55,858 nt of DNA from a virus (taxonomy: Duplodnaviria; Heunggongvirae; Uroviricota; Caudoviricetes). Positions 52,497 to 55,858 of this stretch are shown piece by piece. Within the stretch, counting starts at the first letter, position 1, and the number at the start of each line of letters is the position of its first letter. The stretch lies in the IMG/VR virus record IMGVR_UViG_3300027601_000004. One strand, given 5' to 3'. Made by a program: the position numbers and the translations under genes. The notes beneath the pieces were generated by a model. The model was not told where the DNA came from. It made no database searches and saw only the letters and a program-made list of their open reading frames with translations.

Positions 52497-53096
52497 TTAG
52501 CCCATTTTTCTAAGTGAATCTGCCCAGACTGCATCTTTAGACGATCCCATAAATCTCTCAACTGGGAGCAACATTGCAGTAGCCCAATCATTTGCAGGAA
52601 TTTCTCTAAATGGAGATCTTACATGATTTAGCAGATAATGTTTAACGCAAGGAATCGCTCCATTATAACGAGAGACTCCATCTATAAGTGCCCAAGAATA
52701 TTTGATTCTTGTAGTTTCGTTCATTTTATCGTTACTCTTAAAAATCATTAAACGATCCAACAAACGAACACGAAGCTGATATGGTAAATAATGCATATTT
52801 AAACCTAAGAACCCACCTTCTACCTTTCTGAAGGGAAATACCAAAGGAAATCTGTCATAGTATGGTAGGGTGTCTTTTAGTTTTGGGTCATAAAAATACA
52901 TGTAAAGTTTACCTGGAGTGATACTCGTTTTTAATTGCGATGTATCACCCTGTAACACTTTAGGTGGTGTTATTCTCTGTTTATTTAACAGTAAAACCTG
53001 TTGTTCAAACCAACCACGAGACTTTTTAGCTGCAGTCTTTAGATCGTATTGGTTTTTCTCAAACACGTCTAGTAATGTTGATGGATTTTTGGCCAT
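52497..53096 (-). CDS. 2: DNA end protector protein gp2
   Basis: PGKLYMYFYDPK.K..LPYYDRFPLV..GLNMHYLP..R. Confidence 0.92.
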   Translation of the reverse strand: MAKNPSTLLDVFEKNQYDLKTAAKKSRGWFEQQVLLLNKQRITPPKVLQGDTSQLKTSITPGKLYMYFYDPKLKDTLPYYDRFPLVFPFRKVEGGFLGLNMHYLPYQLRVRLLDRLMIFKSNDKMNETTRIKYSWALIDGVSRYNGAIPCVKHYLLNHVRSPFREIPANDWATAMLLPVERFMGSSKDAVWADSLRKMG

Positions 53097-53111
53097 ATTA
53101 TTATTTAGGCA

Positions 53112-53546
53112 TTATAAGCCAAGTTCGTTTTCTGTAATGATTTTAAATTCCCATCCACGATCTTTGGCGTATTCAGTAGCTGCTTTCCATTTAGCCTGAT
53201 TTTTGATAAACGTCATAGATTCAGTTAAATACCTTTGAGTCTGGCGTCCTGGGTACTCGGGTGGTTGGGTTTGCTTAAATGGCTTAACTTCAATAAGATA
53301 CGTTTTTAATATACCATCTTTTTGTTTAACCTGTATCTGAAAATCAACGAAATACCGATGTATTTTGTTATCTGTGGGACATCTATAGGGAACTATAGTT
53401 TCCTCTGATCTCCATTTAATAACTGAGGGATTTTTATCGCACCAAGACGCAAATCTGGTCTCCCATGAACTTCTCATAATTATGTTTGTTGGATCCCCAG
53501 CATATTTTTCTGGAAATACTGGTTTGAATAATCTTTTGTGAAACAT
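53112..53546 (-). CDS. 4: head completion nuclease gp4
   Basis: P..P.KY.GD...I..RSSWE, W.SEE..VPY, HRYFVDF, EVKP, N.AKW.AA. Confidence 0.93.
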   Translation of the reverse strand: MFHKRLFKPVFPEKYAGDPTNIIMRSSWETRFASWCDKNPSVIKWRSEETIVPYRCPTDNKIHRYFVDFQIQVKQKDGILKTYLIEVKPFKQTQPPEYPGRQTQRYLTESMTFIKNQAKWKAATEYAKDRGWEFKIITENELGL

Positions 53547-53548
53547 GC

Positions 53549-53580
53549 CTAAATAATATGATAATCGATCAACTATTTAG
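53549..53580. promoter_or_regulatory. face-to-face late promoters for gp48 (+) and gp4 (-)
   Basis: CTAAATA at 53549-55 (+) and TATTTAG at 53574-80 (- strand CTAAATA). Confidence 0.6.
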
Positions 53581-53595
53581 CTCCAGGATACAAAT

Positions 53596-54795
53596 ATGTC
53601 ATACACAGACGAGATGGGTGTTAACTATGGCGAAGTTGCCACGGAAATGAATGGCACAGCTCCATCTAAAGAAACGTCAAAAACGTCAAAATCACAACCA
53701 GCTGTTCCACCAAAAAAATTATCTGGTCCTCTATATACTTCCAGAGAAAGAACTACGTTCAGTGACAAAACATATAATATAGAACAACATTCATATCCTG
53801 AAGATATTATGAGTTTCCAATATGGCGGAAATTATGTAATTTTTTATATTAACGTAGCTGAAGATTCTAAATTGTTTAATGATAAAACTGTTCAAACTGT
53901 AGCTGATGTACCAGCCAGAGATAGAGGTCCTACTATCGCGATGAACGAAAAATTATATGATGATCCTAGAAGTGGAAAAGCAAAAATGGCTTTCACTGGG
54001 ATAAATGCTGCTGGTCAGGCTATTGAAGGTGCTATGGCTGGTGGGCTACTTGCTGGAAAGGGTGGTGCATTAGTTGGTTCTGCACTAAATGCTGCGCCAG
54101 CTGCGATTGGAATTGGTGCTGCAGCAACTCAAGCAGCATCTGTAACTCGTGCACAGAAAAGATTAAAAACAGCAATCGCTTTACATATTCCAAATCAATT
54201 AAATATTCGTTATGGCGTTTCTTGGGGTGAAGAAGATACATTTTCTTATGCAGCTGCAGCTGCTGGAGCAGAAGCAATTCTTAAAGCACTAGAAGGTGGT
54301 GGAGCCAAAAACCTTGGTAATGATGCTGCAGCAATTGTTGGAGCCATGGGTTTAAAGAGTGATAAACAAGGTGCAGCTGCCAGCGCAGCTTTTGGTCTTG
54401 CAGCAAACCCAAAGAAAGAACAAGTATTTAAGAATGTTGATTTTAGAACATTCCAGTTTGACTATCAATTCTTTCCTAGAAATAGTGATGAAGCCAAAAA
54501 TGTAATGAATATTATCTATGAATTTAAGTATCATATGCACCCAGAGTTTAAAGATGATAATGAATTTTTGTATGTTTATCCATCTGAATTTGATATAGCA
54601 TATTATCAAAATGGACAAGAAAATCCAAATTTACATCGTCACACTTCTTGCGTACTAACAGAAATGAACGTAAACTATACACCGAATGGACAGTTTAATA
54701 GTTTTGATGATGGTATGCCGACACAAATTAATATAACATTAAGTTTCCGTGAACTTTCACTTCTTACTAAAGATAAGATTAAGGATGGACTATAA
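53596..54795 (+). CDS. 48: baseplate tail tube cap gp48
   Basis: I.L.IP, NP..EQ.F..V.FRTF.F.Y.F.PR...E, YP.EF.I.Y, CVLT...VNYTP, F.EL. Confidence 0.9.
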   Translation: MSYTDEMGVNYGEVATEMNGTAPSKETSKTSKSQPAVPPKKLSGPLYTSRERTTFSDKTYNIEQHSYPEDIMSFQYGGNYVIFYINVAEDSKLFNDKTVQTVADVPARDRGPTIAMNEKLYDDPRSGKAKMAFTGINAAGQAIEGAMAGGLLAGKGGALVGSALNAAPAAIGIGAAATQAASVTRAQKRLKTAIALHIPNQLNIRYGVSWGEEDTFSYAAAAAGAEAILKALEGGGAKNLGNDAAAIVGAMGLKSDKQGAAASAAFGLAANPKKEQVFKNVDFRTFQFDYQFFPRNSDEAKNVMNIIYEFKYHMHPEFKDDNEFLYVYPSEFDIAYYQNGQENPNLHRHTSCVLTEMNVNYTPNGQFNSFDDGMPTQINITLSFRELSLLTKDKIKDGL

Positions 54796-55286
54796 TGTAC
54801 TTCGAAGATTTTCCAAAATTTTTATACGACTTCGAAATAAAAGGTAAACGCAGAGCATTTGTTGTTACTGATATAACAAGAAATATTCGTTTCCGTAGAG
54901 ATGTTCTAGCAAACATAACTGTATATGATGAATATGATGTTATAGATGGTGAAACTCCAGAAATCGTAGCAGAGAAAATTTACGGCGATGCTCAATATCA
55001 TTGGGTAGTTATGCTGGCCAACGAAAGATTTGATTATAGATCTGATTGGGTAATGGATTATCCAAGATTGTCATCTTACATCGAGGACAAATATGGCAGT
55101 GAAGCAGATGAACCGCATCACTATGAAGATGATAAAGGTAACATTGTTCATTCTTCATATCCAGGTGCTGCTTCTGTTTCTAATCGTCAATACGAAGAAG
55201 ATGTAAATGAGAAAAAGAGAAGAATTAAAATAGTTTCTCCTCAAATATTAAATACAATATTACTTAATTACGATGAATTATTATAA
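54795..55286 (+). CDS. 53: baseplate wedge protein gp53
   Basis: MYF..FP...Y, Y....GETPEIVAEKIYG....HWVV.LAN, N..YE..NE.KR.I. Confidence 0.92.
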   Translation: MYFEDFPKFLYDFEIKGKRRAFVVTDITRNIRFRRDVLANITVYDEYDVIDGETPEIVAEKIYGDAQYHWVVMLANERFDYRSDWVMDYPRLSSYIEDKYGSEADEPHHYEDDKGNIVHSSYPGAASVSNRQYEEDVNEKKRRIKIVSPQILNTILLNYDELL

Positions 55287-55858
55287 TGCAAGCGAAACAA
55301 ACATTAAAATTTGCTGGTGATGTATCAGTAGGTAGAATCAGGGTAATATCTCAAAGCGGATTTTATCAGGATATCGCCAATCAAGTTGCAGGTATTCAAA
55401 TTTTTGAAGATCTGTTATCTCCGTTTATTACGGGTACATTAATCGTCAAAGATTCTCTAGATCTAATCAACCTATTTCCGTTTGTTGGTGAAGAATATGT
55501 TGAACTTGATATTAAAACACCAACATTAAAAACAGGAAATATCTCTGGAAAGTTTTACATCTATAAGATGACAGACCGAGAGATGCTTAAAGATAAACAG
55601 ATGGTTTATCAGTTGCATTTCACCTCCCAAGATGCATTAATTGATTTGAATAAAAGTATTAGTAAAACTTTTACTGGAAAAATATCAGATATTGCAAACA
55701 CACTATTAACAGATAAAATTAATGGTATACAATCAAAAAGAAAAAATGTTGTTGAAGAAACTTCTAATGAAACAAAGTATACTTCAAATTTTTGGTCGCC
55801 TATTAAAAACTTAATATATTTGACGGAGCACGCAAGCAATAAAAACTATTCTCCAAGT
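55286..55858 (+). CDS. baseplate hub protein (gp27-like), truncated by window end
   Basis: MQAKQTLKFAGDV...IQIFEDLLSPFITG.LIV.DS.DL..FPFVGEEY; follows gp53. Confidence 0.65.
   Translation, partial: MQAKQTLKFAGDVSVGRIRVISQSGFYQDIANQVAGIQIFEDLLSPFITGTLIVKDSLDLINLFPFVGEEYVELDIKTPTLKTGNISGKFYIYKMTDREMLKDKQMVYQLHFTSQDALIDLNKSISKTFTGKISDIANTLLTDKINGIQSKRKNVVEETSNETKYTSNFWSPIKNLIYLTEHASNKNYSPS

Overview
This is a ~56 kb segment of a large T4-like (Tevenvirinae/Kyanoviridae-like) lytic myophage genome, AT-rich and almost entirely + strand until the late structural block at the right end. Host clues (Bug/TctC-type binding protein, AhpC/AhpD pair, permuted tmRNA with an ANDAQFALAA tag) point to a betaproteobacterium, which is an inference. 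Core T4-like genes: dsbA-like, rnh, dCMP deaminase, denV-like, phoH, gp33, gp59, gp32, and tail/baseplate/packaging genes (tape measure/gp29-like, gp51, gp26, gp16, gp54-like, gp2, gp4, gp48, gp53, partial hub). Accessory content: three enzyme islands (R-selective-type fold-IV transaminase plus hydrolases; PP-loop + PurD-like ATP-grasp + GNAT; many 2OG-Fe(II)/cupin oxygenases plus a double methyltransferase), ahpC-ahpD, iscU-iscA, a late-expressed cluster of paralogous beta-rich proteins, a 28-tRNA array covering all 20 amino acids with several unexplained structured RNAs, a circularly permuted two-piece tmRNA and a ClpP. Best candidate for a new system: a leaderless 39-codon peptide containing all 20 amino acids (33 different codons) embedded in a 1:2/2:3/3:4 transcription attenuator directly upstream of the tRNA array, i.e. 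a possible sensor of depletion of any tRNA. Other strong leads are a probable -1 frameshift fusing gp26 to gp51 before the tape measure gene, and a probable replication origin near 32 kb marked by a GC-skew flip and polarised repeats. All calls are by eye from motifs; no database search or folding program was run.
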